A DNA stretch of 64,000 bases from Folioceros fuciformis (taxonomy: Eukaryota): NCBI GenBank assembly GCA_049999805.1, contig JBNGIO010005971.1, positions 1-64,000 on the forward strand. Direction: 5' to 3'. The position numbers and the translations under genes were made by a program. The notes under the pieces were generated by a model. That model saw only the letters and a list, made by a program, of their open reading frames with translations. It made no database searches and had not been told where the DNA came from. Every line of letters begins with the position of its first letter. The stretch's first letter is position 1. Shown in pieces: positions 1-11,363 of the stretch.

Positions 1-449
1 GAAAGGGGGAAAAGGGATGGGGGCGGCCGCAACCCCTACCTCTAGCTCTAGCTAGGGCATGGCCTCCACAGCCGTTCATGCCAGCTAGGCAATCAGCCAG
101 CCTATCGTCAGACCTTGACATACCCAGATACCCGTTCCTATGTTCAAACCATTACTATATTATTTTATATTATTATATTATTTAATCATTTAATATTATA
201 TATCTTTAATTAATATTAAACTAATCACCCAACCTTATGGCCTGGTACCGAACCTAAACCTTCCCAGGTCTGAGACCAAACCTATACCCACTCTTATAAC
301 CAAACCAACTGTTTCCTGGTCAATTAACCTAATTAGCACAAAGAAAAATAGGAAAAATGACCAGAAAATCAAGGAAAATTAGGGAAAATAAGTAGAAAAA
401 GAAAACCAAACCATACCACTATTAACCCTTTTTCAACCAAAACAAACTA

Positions 450-1166
450 CTACCCCAAACTTTGGAGGTTCACAATGAGAAAACGGAAAATCATCGAAGG
501 GCGGGGGGAGGACAGAGTTAGATTCTTCCTCTCCTCGTCCATCCTGGCGTACAGGATTTTCTCCCAATCCACCTTGCTCCCCTTGACCACGTTGTGCACA
601 AACAGGAGCATCAGATCGGATAGATAATCTTGCTTGCAAACCTACAGGAAACACAAGAACCACCTAGCCAAACCCTTCAGCTGGGAGTTGGCCATATCGC
701 GGATCAGCCACCCATTGGCTTCCTTCTTGGTTCCCGGCTTGAGCAGCACCTCGGCGTCCGCTGTACCGCTTCGTTTCTTCGGGGACTCCAACACCAGTCC
801 TCCCTCCTCTTGCTCGTCGCGGCCATACACCCGCCTTACCAGCTCCAGGTTCCACTCCTGGGGTTTGCTGCTAATTCCTTCTTCCCGGGCAAGCTCTCTC
901 ATCTTCAGGGCGCACTCCCTGACCAGCTGCGGCGCCGCATGGTTCCACCTCTGAGTCATGAACCCGAGGCCCAGTTCTCCGACCAGTCCCCCGGCTCTAA
1001 CCCTCTAATGCTCCATATTGGGCCACAGGAGCACATTGATCTTTGGTACCAAGGATTCTCCTTCCTGCTCAGGTACCGTTACTCCTGGCAGCAACTCTGG
1101 TCGCGATCTCATCCTGCGTGATTCTCCCCCGTACTCCGAACCCTGCTGCCCTCGTGCGCTTGTCAT
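450..1166 (-). pseudogene. Decayed ~238-codon ORF of unknown function, probably transposon-associated
   Basis: One frame runs from ATG 1166 to TAG 450-452, broken only by TAG at 1005-1007 and 642-644 (track ORFs 1005..1274 and 642..959 share this frame). It reads ...NGWLIRDMANSQLKGLARWFLCFL*VCKQDYLSDLMLLFVHNVVKGSKVDWEKILYARMDEE... Upstream on the minus strand is TATAAAACCCTAGAGAGAGAG (~1290-1310). Confidence 0.5.
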
Positions 1167-2667
1167 CGCCAAGTTCTCCGCTCGCTCTGCTACCTGCCCA
1201 AGCTTCCACTCCACTCCCGGCCGTGGTCGCGCTTCGCTTCGCTTCGCTCCAACCCGCGAACGTTCCTGCCTCAATTACTGCCCAGATTTCTCTCTCTCTA
1301 GGGTTTTATACCGTTCCACTACCGTCGGTTGGGCTACCGCCGGTTCCCCTGTCACGGCTACCGACTACCGTCACCCAGTCATCACACTCTGGTTTTCAGC
1401 CTAAGTCCACCATTACCTAAGCCCCTACCCCATTTCCTATTTCTTATTTCTCAGGGGGGCATATATAGACCCCTGAACGCCCCCACACCACCAAGGGCCA
1501 AGGACACCCTTGTTCACACTTCTCCTTGGCACCACCAAGGGCCAAGGACACCCTTGTTCACACTTCTTTCTCCTTGGTCCTGTCACTCAATCCTATCAAC
1601 CTTCTCCTTGGTCTTGTCACTTAATCCTACCCACGAAGGAGCCTCTTGGGTCTAAATACCCAAGTATTATTTCCATACTTGAGCCGTTTCATTCGTATCT
1701 CACAAAAAAAAAACACTGCCCTTCAAAAAGGGAGTTCCGAAAGTTTTTTTCTTCTACATAGCATAGCTCAACTCTTGCCTAACTTATCGTTTCTTGCCAA
1801 CATTTGTCATTGAGGCTTGGTGGCTTCATGTTGTTGTCTAGTTCTAGTCGATGGCTCTTGAGGTCCGACATCTTGTTGCGGACGAGAACTGTTGCCATAT
1901 AACACCTTTGACTTCAAGGTCCATGAATGCACGCTCCACTGTAGCACACATCTTCTTTTAACTACATTTAGACACATCCATCCATTTTTCCAACCCTTGC
2001 ATCTTAACTTCAACAATATGTTGCACCATCGTCACCATTGTAGCATGTCATTCTACAAAATGCCCACCGTAACCCAAGTCATTGAATGCTGCTGTCTCAT
2101 CATCATCACTACCAATAGACACTGAACTTGCGAGAATGTTGTGTACCTAGTCGAAGCCGCTTCTAAACAATAGCAACAAGCAATGCTCTGTTCTCAACTT
2201 TCACTACAATGCTTTGTGGATGGACACAATCATTGCAACAAAATTGATCACGCGGTCAGCCCCCACCTTCTCGGAATCTTTATTCCATATCACCCCCAAG
2301 GGTGACTCCTCAGTATGAACAGGTGCACCAAAAAGGTCTGTTGATGGGAGTGTAGAGTCGGCAACACAATGCCTTTGTGGGTGCTTGGTATGCCTGCCCC
2401 CAGTCTGCACTGTTCCAACCTGGGCCAAGATGGGGTTGTGTGATATGCTGTCACGTTCTGGCCATGAGTTTACTACAGTGTTAGCAGCACACATGGTCCA
2501 ATCACCATTAGGAGACATGTATCCAATGTGCCTCCCCTATCCACATACTCCCGAAAATGTTAGTAACGTTAGCACATAAGGAGGAAGACAAACAACAAAT
2601 CACACCTTATGTGACAAGTAGATTTCAGACTGATCTACCACCACAATCAAACTGTGGGAGGGATACA

Positions 2668-2679
2668 CACCTCCTCCCC
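2668..2679 (-). other. Candidate polypurine tract and 3' LTR start of the gypsy element
   Basis: The minus strand reads GGGGAGGAGG (2679-2670) directly followed by TG (2669-2668), ~700 bp downstream of the pol stop. No matching 5' LTR was found, so this is unconfirmed. Confidence 0.45.
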
Positions 2680-3371
2680 ACGGTTGCTATTATGACGCTC
2701 ACAACTTGCTCTGATTCCTGAGAAGTCACACAGCATAGCACATGTCCCCTAGTAAGGTGCAAGCTGTGCACCGCAGCGGGCTGCTACATGAGAACTTCTA
2801 ACAATTGCCTAGCTAAGCCCTGCAGTCTGGTACTCATCTGTGCCGCCCTTGCTTCTGGTTGTTGCCCACGATCTCACTCCACACCGTCGGGGCCATGCCG
2901 CCCACGCTCGCAACCATCTTGTGCAATGATGCCCGAGCTGCCCAGTCGCTCATGTTCGCCATCATCCAGCACCACATGTTTGCCCTTCACGCCTCGCTCC
3001 TGAGCCCTAAACGAACCCACATGTTTCATGCTGGCCAATTCGGGCTGATTATCTAATAATCAGCATAACTACCTAGGTTAGTCTACCTAGGTTAGTTAAT
3101 TACCTAGCCTAATTGATCAACATAGCCTGACAGCTGTCGTGCTAAAACAGTGTTAGCTAAAAGTGCCCTTGACATTAGGCAAAAACGAAGAACCTAACCT
3201 CACACTCTCTGAGAAGGTTGCTGTGAACATGACTCTTAAGGTAGATGAGAAAATGAGCACAAACGAATGGAATCTTGGTAACCTTATCCCCCCCCAGTGT
3301 GGTGCTACAAGCCACCAAAACTGCAGGCAAGCTCTATCAGATGCCAAAGAAAAATCCAAGAGTTCACCTGA

Positions 3372-3540
3372 TCAGATGTTACTGGTGTCTCTAGCTCGGC
3401 AAAGAGGACAATACCACAAATTCTCTGGCACCTCAGTCTGTGGTGGCTGAAGACAAAATAGGTAGTAGCCTCCATTACAGCCATCACACAACAACATGAG
3501 CTCTGGATCATCAATCCTTCTACCCACCTGACATGGATAA
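3372..3540 (-). other. PHD finger at the integrase C-terminus (degenerate)
   Basis: CQVGRRIDDPELMLLCDGCNGGYYLFCLQPPQTEVPENLWYCPLC has C4HC3 PHD spacing with LLxCDxC, CLxPP, VP and WYCPxC. The 2nd Cys is changed to Gly and the His to Tyr. Confidence 0.88.
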
Positions 3541-4500
3541 TCAGCCAAAGGGACCCAATTTTCTGTGACCAGCGTGGAGTCCAACTTGGGTAGATGGCAT
3601 GGGGCACAGTTTTTCATGTGGTCTGTTGTTACCCGCCCATCAGACGCTTCCAGCAGCAACACTCCATTCCTACGCACCTCTCGCACACGTAACACATGCC
3701 TGCTAGTGCTAGGCTCCTAAGTGTCTTATGTTTGCCGTTGTAAATAGATATAGTCCCCTGGCTGAAATTTCCTGACCTTAGGATGGAAACTCCAACTCCT
3801 GGTATGAGCATACCTGAGTGTGTCACAATGTTGGCATCACATGTCTGAAAAAGGCTGCACGTTCTCCAATAGCCTTAGCCTAGGCTGCTGGGTTGTCCGA
3901 ACTTAACACCTCTTGCATCTGACGAGCAATGGCCACAGGTGGCACTAGCTCTCTCCCAAACAATAGGAAGTAAGGTGAGAAGTTGGCCAGTGATGCATGC
4001 TTGCTCATCCTGTAGCCCATAGCAATGTATGGCAAAGCCAAGTCCCAATCTGTCTTGGGCTTGGCGAGACACTGCTTCCTCAACGCCTGTTTGATGGTCT
4101 GCACCATCCTCTTAGCCAACCCGTCTGCTTGTGGGTGATCACGGCTTGTGCGCCGGTGGTCAATAAGTGCAACATCCAGCAGATCCTAAATCCACTCACC
4201 TCTGAATTCAGCTCCCTGGTTTGTGAGGCACTCAGCATTGCTCCCAAATCTGCTAAGCACATTGTGCCTCTGAATGAGGGTTGCTAAAAGAAGCCTTGAC
4301 CCTGTCACATTGAGCACATCTGGCCACCTCCTCGCGCACCTGAGTGAACACACCATGCCAGTGGAAATGTGGAAGGAGCAGACTGTAGGTGCGCTTCACT
4401 CCAAAATGGCCTAGATCTTCATGCACTCTATGGATAAGCCCTGCACGATCCTGTGGTGGAGGCACCAAACGTTCAGCCCTGTTGGCCAGCCTCCTCAGCA
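3541..4500 (-). pseudogene. Gypsy integrase with an internal deletion in the catalytic core
   Basis: The HHCC zinc domain (HEDLGHFG...CAQC) is followed almost immediately by the late core (DHRRTSRDHPQADGLAKRMVQTIK, DWDLALPYIAMGYR, SPYFLLFGRE). The first catalytic Asp region is not recognisable. Confidence 0.85.
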
Positions 4501-4749
4501 GGTACCCATCCCTCCATTCATAACGGGCTGCTCTCTACTGCACTCTCTCTTGCTTATGTACGTCCAAGATAACATCCATTTGCCCAGTCTTCACATACTG
4601 CAGTGTGGCTTCGTCACTCCACACATCCTTGTGGAGCTGAAAACGGCTATTAGCACAAACTTGTACCACACAAAGCATTGTCACCAAAGTTGCAGTATTA
4701 GGAGTTTCCTCCATGTCACTGTCCTGGCGAGCCTCAGTGTTGTCCTTGC

Positions 4750-6100
4750 TACTCTGTCAAGGGTTGCGTGACAATACATCTGCATTCTGGTGCTTGGTTC
4801 CAGGCCGATGGACCACCTCAAACTCATAGTCCTGAAGAATCATTGCCCACCTTGCGTGTTTCCCACTAAGCTTTGTGTTAGACATCAGCCATTTCAAGGG
4901 CTAATGGTCTGTTACCAAGGTAAACATTCGCCCGTACAGATAAGGATGAAAATGGCAGATAGCCCATTCAACTCCCCTTCATAGCTAGAGTAATTTGCTT
5001 CTGCCCTGTTGTTGCTTCTTGAAGCATAGACAATGACCCTCTCTTGACCTCCAGCATCCACTTGTGCTAGCACAGCTCCCAGCCCCAAAATGCTCTAGTC
5101 TGTATGGAAGACGAAAGGCTTGGTAAAATCAGGCCTGGCCATGACTGGCATTTGCATCAGCTTGCTCTTCAGGCTCTCAAACGCAGCTTGACAACTTTCT
5201 GTCCAATCCTAGGCTATCTCCTTGCGCAACAGGTCATTCAAGGGCTTAGCAATGCTACTAAAGGCCTGGACATAGACCCTATAGTAATTGCACAGCCCTA
5301 AGAGCAGACACATTAGTTGGAGCTTGGATCTGTTGGATGGCTTGCACCTTAGCAACATGTGGTGTTATGCCATCTGGCAAAATCCGATGCCCAAGATATG
5401 CAAGTGTGTCCATAGCAAATTCACACTTGGCTGGATGACATGTTAGCTGGGCCTTTTGCAACCTCCGAAACAAATCCTCCAGATGCATCAGGTGAGTGTC
5501 AAAGTCCACACTATGGACCAACACATCATCTATGTAACACAAAAGGTGAGGAGCCCCTGCTAGTACTTGTTCATGACTCTTTGGAAAGTTACTGGCGCAT
5601 TTTTGAACCCAAAAGGCATGTGACTAGCCACTCCCTTAGCTGGTGGACTCCATGAAATGCTATCTTGGGAATATACTCCTCTGCCACTGGCACGTGATTG
5701 AAGCCCTATCGCAGATCCAATGTAGAGAAGAACTTGGACTGTCCAATGCTGTAAAACAACTCCTCTGGTGTGGGCATAGGATACCTATCAAGAGCTGTGG
5801 TTGCATTGATGGGACGATAGTCCCCACACATTCGTTTTTCAGTCCAAAAGCCTTGGCTGTCCTTCTTAGGTGGAAGAATAGTGGCAGTTGCGTAATCCAA
5901 ACTAGAGGGCCTAATTAGCCCAGCCTTATACAACTCCTAGCAGTGACCTTCCATAGTTTCCCATTCAGACTGGCTCAACCTGTATCTGCGCCTATAGATA
6001 GGCTCAGTGGTGTTGAGCTTAATCCTGAATGTCATGACATTGCACCTCTTGAAATCCTCCATGCTAAAAGCAAAACAATTTGAGTACTGTAAAAGCAAAG
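4750..6100 (-). pseudogene. Gypsy reverse transcriptase and RNase H
   Basis: RT motifs PIYRRRYRLSQSE, GLIRPS, RMCGDYRPIN, DRYPMP, LDLR*GF, MPFG, YIDDVLVHS, KCEF, YLGHRI; RNase H motifs D*S, LGAVL, ASR, NADVLSR. Frameshifts near 5610, 5545 and 5285. Confidence 0.93.
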
Positions 6101-6399
6101 CCCGTATACACTGCCTCTGCCCTGAATCCAGCTGAGGACCCATGGTCCAACTAAAAGTCTCCGTAGTAGGTGAAGCTTTGGCAGCCGTTGACAGTCCTAG
6201 TCTTGGATCCAACTCTGAAGCAAAAAAAACAGGTTTGGGACACATGTGCTCCCCCCCGCCCCCCCCCCCCCCTTGCGTCGAGCTGGTAGGACCGGTAGCA
6301 AAAGCCAGGGAATGGCAAGTGAACAGCATCAGGATGACAAGAAAAAGTACTGGTATGGACAGTAGCGGATCCTAAGCCTCGAAGTCTGGTGAGCACCTA

Positions 6400-7355
6400 A
6401 AAGCCAAGCAAAGGCTAACCAGCCAAGTCAAAGCACTGACATCCATGGCACGGCCAAGTGCTGCAAACCTCTGAGCCCTGGAAGCCTTGGGTGCACCTGT
6501 GCTATGGGTCTGGAAACCCATCACATGCTCCCTTTCCTCCACTGTAGGTTCCTCCCACACCTTGGTATCTTCATTAAAAAGCATACCAGGACCGTTATTC
6601 CTATAAGCATAGGAGCCAGGATAGCTGACCACAGTGGGTAGAGTTCTCCTTGGCTGGCCAGGTGTGTTGGTAGGAAACCAAGGAGCTCTCTCCTTGGCTG
6701 CAACAGGCTTGGGAGTGTGATTGTCATCCAAGACATCTCGTAGGAGACGGGTGGGCTCCCGCTGCTGTTGTTGTAAAGCCAAGTGGAAGATAGGCAATGG
6801 GACCAAATTGGTCCAATAATTCTTGAGTCTGTGAGCATAGCTGCCCACCTGAGCTGCATCCATAGTAAAGGGAGGTCCAATGATGTGGATCATAGCCATG
6901 TCTTGGCGCAGCTGTGGCCGAGCATCTAATTGGGCTGGTGTGTTCCCCAGCACCTAAGCCACTTGAGGATGTTGATCCTGTAGCCAGTGAAGTACTTGCA
7001 CCAGATCCCTAAATAAGCCTGAACGGTTATCTTGCAACCCTGCTCCTTTCCCAGCTTGAGATAGGCCTTGGCACTCCCATACTGCAATTAGCAAATCCAC
7101 ATGCCCAAGGGCCTGAATGTGTGCTTGCTGGATGTACTGGATGTTTTGTGGGAGAGCATCAAACATGCTCTTACTGGTCTGCCTGGAAAATTGCTGGGGA
7201 AACTGCTGCCGCAGCAGGTGCACCGGATGTGCGGCAATGTGCCTAACAGCTGGACAGACATTACAATAGATGTACATGAAGACTGTGATGTCACACCTTA
7301 GCACTGCCTCAAGACCAGTGCATAGGCCCCCAAACAGCTCCACTAAGGTGGTACC
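6400..7355 (-). pseudogene. DNMT3-like C5 cytosine DNA methyltransferase domain inside the retrotransposon pol
   Basis: Motifs in canonical order: I LVELFGGLCTGL; IV DLLIAVWECQGLS; V GLQDNRSGLF; VI *VLGNT (ENx degenerate); VIII DAAQVGSYAHRLKNYWTN; IX EEREHVMGF; X RFAALGRAMDV. It is in the same frame as the downstream RT, separated only by TAG codons. Confidence 0.88.
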
Positions 7356-7839
7356 TTGTGGTGAAGGTTGCCTAGTAATCACAGACTGTTGAACAGGAGA
7401 AACATGTGCTCCCTCCCCTATGGCTGGGTCTGTGAAAGCTTTCTGCAGCACTTGCATAACACAAGTAACTGTCTCTTGAGCTTGCTGCATATGCTCCTTG
7501 CTGGCTATGGGAGGCTTAGAATGGCTGGACCCTAAGGCTTGAGAGAACAGCTGTGCTCCCAACACACCTTCCTTATGAGCATGTGAGAGGACGTCCTCGT
7601 CCTCTCCACACTTAGCTAGCCATACTTGAGAGTGAGGATCTGGTGGCAATAGGGGAACTGGCCCATCCCCCAAAGGCTGGATCTGCACCATCCAGGCCTA
7701 TCTTTCCACCAGTGTAGCCTCAGCTGCCTATGCAGCCCCATACAAATCCAAGGGCAGGTAGGCAATTCGCTTCCCCTCCTGCTGCTAATTTGGCCTAAAA
7801 AAGGCCTGTTCTATCCAGTTGTCAATTGAGACTCCTGAG

Positions 7840-8161
7840 GAAACAAAAATTCCCGTCCTAATAGAATGTCATAATTGGTGGCACCCTTGACTAGACAACG
7901 CACTGCCAAGCTCACCTAATCTGCTGTGTTGGGCTTCAAAGTGATCTTCACTGGTTGGACTGTTTCCCCTTTCACAAGCTCAATTGCCCTCGAAGCTGTA
8001 CGAATGTTCCATGGGGAAGGCTTCAACGCACTCCCTTCTAGCCGCAGCCTAGCAGCCAAAACCTTCCCTATGATCACTGGTTGTGCTCCTGTGTCCAATA
8101 ACACAGCTCTAGGCGCAAATCCATTTACTAGCACATGACTAGCCCGATTGTCCACAAGCAC
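7840..8161 (-). pseudogene. Retropepsin-like aspartic protease
   Basis: AVLLDTGAQPVIIG, then after one TAG (7916-7918) NYDILLGREFL. In frame with upstream ORF 8213..8899. Confidence 0.88.
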
Positions 8162-8212
8162 ACTGTTTACTGTAGCCTTGCGCCGGTTTGTGGGCTGTAC
8201 GATTGGTAGACC

Positions 8213-9160
8213 CTAGCTTTCCCAAGCCAATTGTGCAGCTTGCACAGTCTTGCCGAAAACAAGTGAATCCAGCCCTGTCTGACCATGATGACTGTTGCAA
8301 TCATCAGCCAATAGTACCTCAGCATGTGGAGACTGCAACACGGTGTCCATGCTGGCCTCTTCAATTCCCACACCTTGTAGGCTGAGCAAGGGTGCTGTGT
8401 ACACCCTCTTCAACAACTCCTTGTGCGTTAACACCATGGTCAGCAATCGAGCAGCCTGATCAGACTTGTGTGTGTCTAACCTGTGATGCTGGCTAGGAAC
8501 CTGGTCAGTCCTTTGCTCCACTTGATCCTCTTGAGGTAGATGATCTGACCCTCTCACTGGTATGCTGGACCCTAATGGCAGTTGCTGGAAAGACCTGGGC
8601 ATTATAGCCCTAGCTCCCTGCTGACATGTGGTGACAGCGGTCGTCTCTAGGGTATGGCCCGGCCAGGTTTGGGGTAACTGTACATCAGCTCTGGACAAGT
8701 CAACCTGCCCTAGGCCTTTGCCATGCAACGGCTCAGCCTTGGACTGCTTCTTGTGTGTTGCACAAGCCTCCATGACTGGTCCATAATCTTCACCAAGATC
8801 ATCTGATGTCCCAGTAGTTACAAGTTCCACACCATTGGCAGGCTTAGCAGCATTCAAGCTTGCCGCTAAAGTGCTGAACTGAGTAGTCAATGCAGCCATG
8901 GGCAGTCATTTTGTCTGCTTGAGTAGCAAGCTTCGGCTTAGCCTTGTCGCGCTTGACTTGGCTCTTACTGGCAGGATTTCCTTCTGTAGCTGCTCCTGCC
9001 GAGGCACTCCTTGAGCCAGTTGCTCCTGTTCCAGCAGTGGTAGTAGGTTGGGAGGTAGCACTAGAGTCTGCCCCTGTTTTCCAAGGTCGCCGCTCTGGGT
9101 ACTTTGAAAAACAAACTGCCTCTGTTGTGTGTGGTTTGCATCTTCTGCAACATTATAAAC
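8213..9160 (-). pseudogene. C-terminal part of gag (zinc-knuckle remnant plus linker)
   Basis: CRRCKPHTTEAVCFSKYPERRP near 9150-9085 resembles a CCHC knuckle. A low-complexity linker follows, and ORF 8213..8899 is in frame with the protease. Confidence 0.55.
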
Positions 9161-11363
9161 GAAAAGGGTTCTTGTGCAAACGGTGTTGCTCAATTGCAAT
9201 TGGTGAATTCTCGTGCATTTTGAAATGGTGAGAATCTTTGAGATTAGACTCCACAACTGTTGAGATGTCACCCCCGCCATGCTCAAAGGAGGTTAAAACA
9301 AGTTAGTTGAAGCAAGATGCAGAATCCCAAAACTAAGAGCACTATAACAAGGCTCTTAAACTCAAATAAAAAAGGAGAATTACAAAACAACACAATACAA
9401 GTGAAGAGGGAGTTAGACTGCCTCTACTAAGTGGGTTCATCCCTTCTTTTATGGACCTATGGGTGGCACTCTCATTTCGTGCCCAATATGGGATAAATGA
9501 CCCTACAATACTTCTTTTGCCCAACATAGCAAAGTCTAATAAGCTATATATATATATTAATCATAACCTTAATCACTCTTACCACTAATTAGTACAAACT
9601 CAATAAGCTGGATTAGCACTAATTAATATCAACATTAATCATGCTTAACAACAACAACTAGAAGGGTCCTTAATTATTCAGCCCCTTGCAGCTTTGTTGT
9701 GTTAACATTACAAACACCTACAAATCGACGCATCTACAACATTCGTAGGTCAAACCTACAAGTGAGACCTCTCCTCTTGACACAAATAAGAATATAGATA
9801 AGTGAAAATGGTTAAGCATCATTGACATTTCAGATATACCATACACGTAGGCATGGTTGACTTGTAAGCTGACCACCAAAGACCAAGGAAAACCAAACCA
9901 AAAGATACAAACAAAAAGAAAAGGAAAGCAAACCAAACCACTTGTTGGCAAAAACTCAAAACAGTAGCATAGAAGCCTGTCCCGTATCCCAAAATTTTTC
10001 ATCCCATAGTGGCACCAGAGTCACAGAAGAAGATGGAGATGCACCAAAGAGAAGATGGAGATGCACCAAAGAGAAGATTGGACACTGAGCAATGAGGGAA
10101 GAAGAGAATCAAGAGCAAAAATACACTACTCTAGGTCACAACAACTTAGTGGCAAGTGTGCATAGCATTGGGGAGGAGGGAAAGCAAGAGAGTGATCACG
10201 GTGCTAGAGAATTCATGATGGTGTGAAGAGGTGTGCAATCAAAAGTAACTAGTGCACTAGGCGTAAACCAACAACATCTGTCCTCCTCTCGCGAGAAGGT
10301 CTTGTAGTGGCATAAGAACTTATATGGCCATAATGGAATTATACATCCCAACCCCTTCTTAGACCTTTATGCTCCTCCAGTAGTTGTCCTTTAAGTGCTT
10401 TGCTATGTTGGTGTTAGAAGGCATACATCTGATTAGTCTATACTCTAACGCAGGCATTGAAGTATTCGAAGATGATATGAAGCCCAAAACTTGTTTATTT
10501 ATTTTGGATTGGAAAACTCCAACATAACAAACAAAAAGGAAGAAAAGAAAAGGAAAATAAAAAAGCAAGTACTCCAGTGAGGTGCGGCCAACCTTCTTTT
10601 CTCAAACCTTATTGGTTCCACACATAGTGAAAGATGTTTTCAGCTCTTGTTTTTGTCTTTTGTTGGGAAATTCCACATAAGTTGCATTCCATTGAGCCTC
10701 GGGTCGGGAGGCTTACCTTTACTTTGAGTAGTACGGATAATGATCACAAACTAGAAGTTGTAACCTCTCCTATGAGGTTTGTCTAATCCTTGTAAATCTA
10801 GCAAAAAAAAAAAAAAAAAAAATTTCTTTCCAGCTTGGTCGGAGTTTTGAAAAGACGAACTTTTTCAAGGACATCTCTTTGTGCAGCCCATTTTATATCA
10901 CACGTTGAAAACATCTTTGAGAACATTTGTCAACCTTCAAATGGGCTTCCCTTAGCTTAGCATCTTCTCCAAGGGTTTGGAAACCATCCTTCTTTCAAAC
11001 CCACAAGGGATATTTTGATATGAACCATAAATAAATTTTAATATCTCAGGTGATTTTTTAAATAATAGAATATATATATATATATATCCAAGTAATTTAC
11101 TTAGTTAAATAAAAGTCATAACCTATATATGAATTATGCTATTTTTATTAGGTGAAGGAGTTGTTAGATTGCACTCATCAAAACTTTCAAGCAATAATAA
11201 ATTAATCAAAATATAATTCAGACTAATTTATAATATTAGTTTAATTAAAAATTGAGGCTTGGAAATTTGTTTAAAATGGGCAAGCCTTTGTGGCTATCTT
11301 GCAAAATGAACAATATGTACTAAAAAACGTTGTAAAAACAGTACTTGTTGAAACTTGATTCCA

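Larger units (their letters stand above)
2670..9160 (-). mobile_element. Degenerate Ty3/gypsy LTR retrotransposon (internal region) carrying a DNMT3-like methyltransferase and a PHD finger; 5'-truncated
   Basis: Gypsy domain order PR-RT-RH-IN: protease AVLLDTGA and DILLGREFL; RT KRMCGDYRPIN, TLDLR, MPFGFKNAP, YIDD; RNase H FVFHTD*S, VYASRS, ARWAMILQ, NADVLSR; integrase H-H-C-C and HPQADGLAKRMVQTIK. It has many in-frame stops and several frameshifts. Recognisable coding sequence ends at a partial gag zinc knuckle near 9160. Confidence 0.93.

Noticed and set aside
6372-7691. Host DNMT3/DRM gene or bacterial restriction-modification methylase (contamination/HGT)
   Set aside because: It has no introns or own start context, is in frame with RT inside pol, decays like the rest of the element, and has no restriction enzyme partner. 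The surrounding genes are spliced plant genes.
3372-8899. TAG stops rescued by readthrough or U-to-C editing, making the element active
   Set aside because: There are also frameshifts, an integrase core deletion and missense changes at conserved residues. U-to-C editing is organellar, and mutational decay explains everything.
9260-10700. 5' LTR/PBS of the gypsy element (e.g. TGGCACCAGAG at ~10010)
   Set aside because: No similarity to the sequence below 2669 was seen, and the PBS-like word is on the wrong strand and mismatched.
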